DNA of 64,000 nt. Origin: Macrostomum lignano. Taxonomy: Eukaryota. Under the pieces are notes generated by a model, which saw only the letters and a program-made list of their open reading frames with translations, had not been told where the DNA came from and ran no database searches. Shown here piece by piece: positions 63,395-64,000 of the stretch. Numbering within the stretch: position 1 is the first letter of the stretch; every line of letters starts with the position of its first letter. The stretch spans positions 148,558 to 212,557 of the forward strand of contig NIVC01000172.1 in assembly GCA_002269645.1 (NCBI GenBank), read 5' to 3'. A program made the translations under genes and the position numbers.

Positions 63395-64000
63395 AAGGCG
63401 ATTGACAAAAGCCGCGAGCGCGAGAGTTGGTTTAATCCTTAAATAGGAGATTTCGCTTTTTGCTATTAGACTGTTTTTTAAAGCTTTTAGCCATGCGACA
63501 CTTGAGCCACGAGGTGAGAGATTGACTTGATTTTTTGGTTCAGAAATGCAAAGCAGTTTGAATTACAGCTTTTTTCACATTGCGATCGATCAACGGATTC
63601 TTAGAAACTGAATAGTGGCGCATTAATAGCAAATAGCGTTAGGCGAGGTGGAAATTTAGTGACACACAGACCATGGAACAGCGCTGACACAGTGCCGTCA
63701 GTCACACACCCGAACATCATCTCGTTAGTGCAGCATTTGTCCTCAGGCATTTCTTAAAAATTCAAGTCAAAGCAGAAGAGTTAAAGCCTACTCGTCAGTA
63801 GTATAAATAGCCGAGCTGGCTACTTAAATGCTTGCATGAGGTCGACCCATATGGTGATAATGAAGCACACAGATTGTGAACCAGTTAAATACTGACTTTG
63901 CACCTCTACCACTCACTTGACAAGACTCCAGACATCGAGTTGAATTCATCAATTCCAGACGAGGAGTTGCTCGGTTTGGATACAGAATTTTTTGTTTGGA

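Overview
This is animal genomic DNA with GT-AG introns and is very repeat-rich. Gene content and style suggest a lophotrochozoan, possibly a free-living flatworm such as Macrostomum (inference only). Six host genes were assembled by hand: a 10-exon LRR + EF-hand gene (LRRC74-like, +), a DEG/ENaC channel (+), a 3-exon SPATA22-like OB-fold gene (+), a 2-exon orphan with a possible degenerate KH domain (-), a 10-exon SLC6 transporter with unusual binding-site residues (-), and an intronless secreted PAN + C-type-lectin protein (-). Mobile DNA includes a full-length BEL/Pao LTR retrotransposon (LTRs, TSD, tRNA-iMet PBS, two frameshifts), a FLYWCH-MULE (Phantom-type) transposase, several LINE fragments, an LTR remnant with a tRNA-Leu PBS, Tc1 and mariner deletion derivatives, a 3.7-kb TIR element with possible Merlin-transposase remnants, and several MITEs. 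A Penelope-like retroelement fragment carries a minimal hammerhead-ribozyme motif and sits between two (GATA)n arrays, inside an 8-kb satellite island. No CRISPR array, rRNA or complete tRNA gene was seen. All protein assignments come from motif recognition without database searches.
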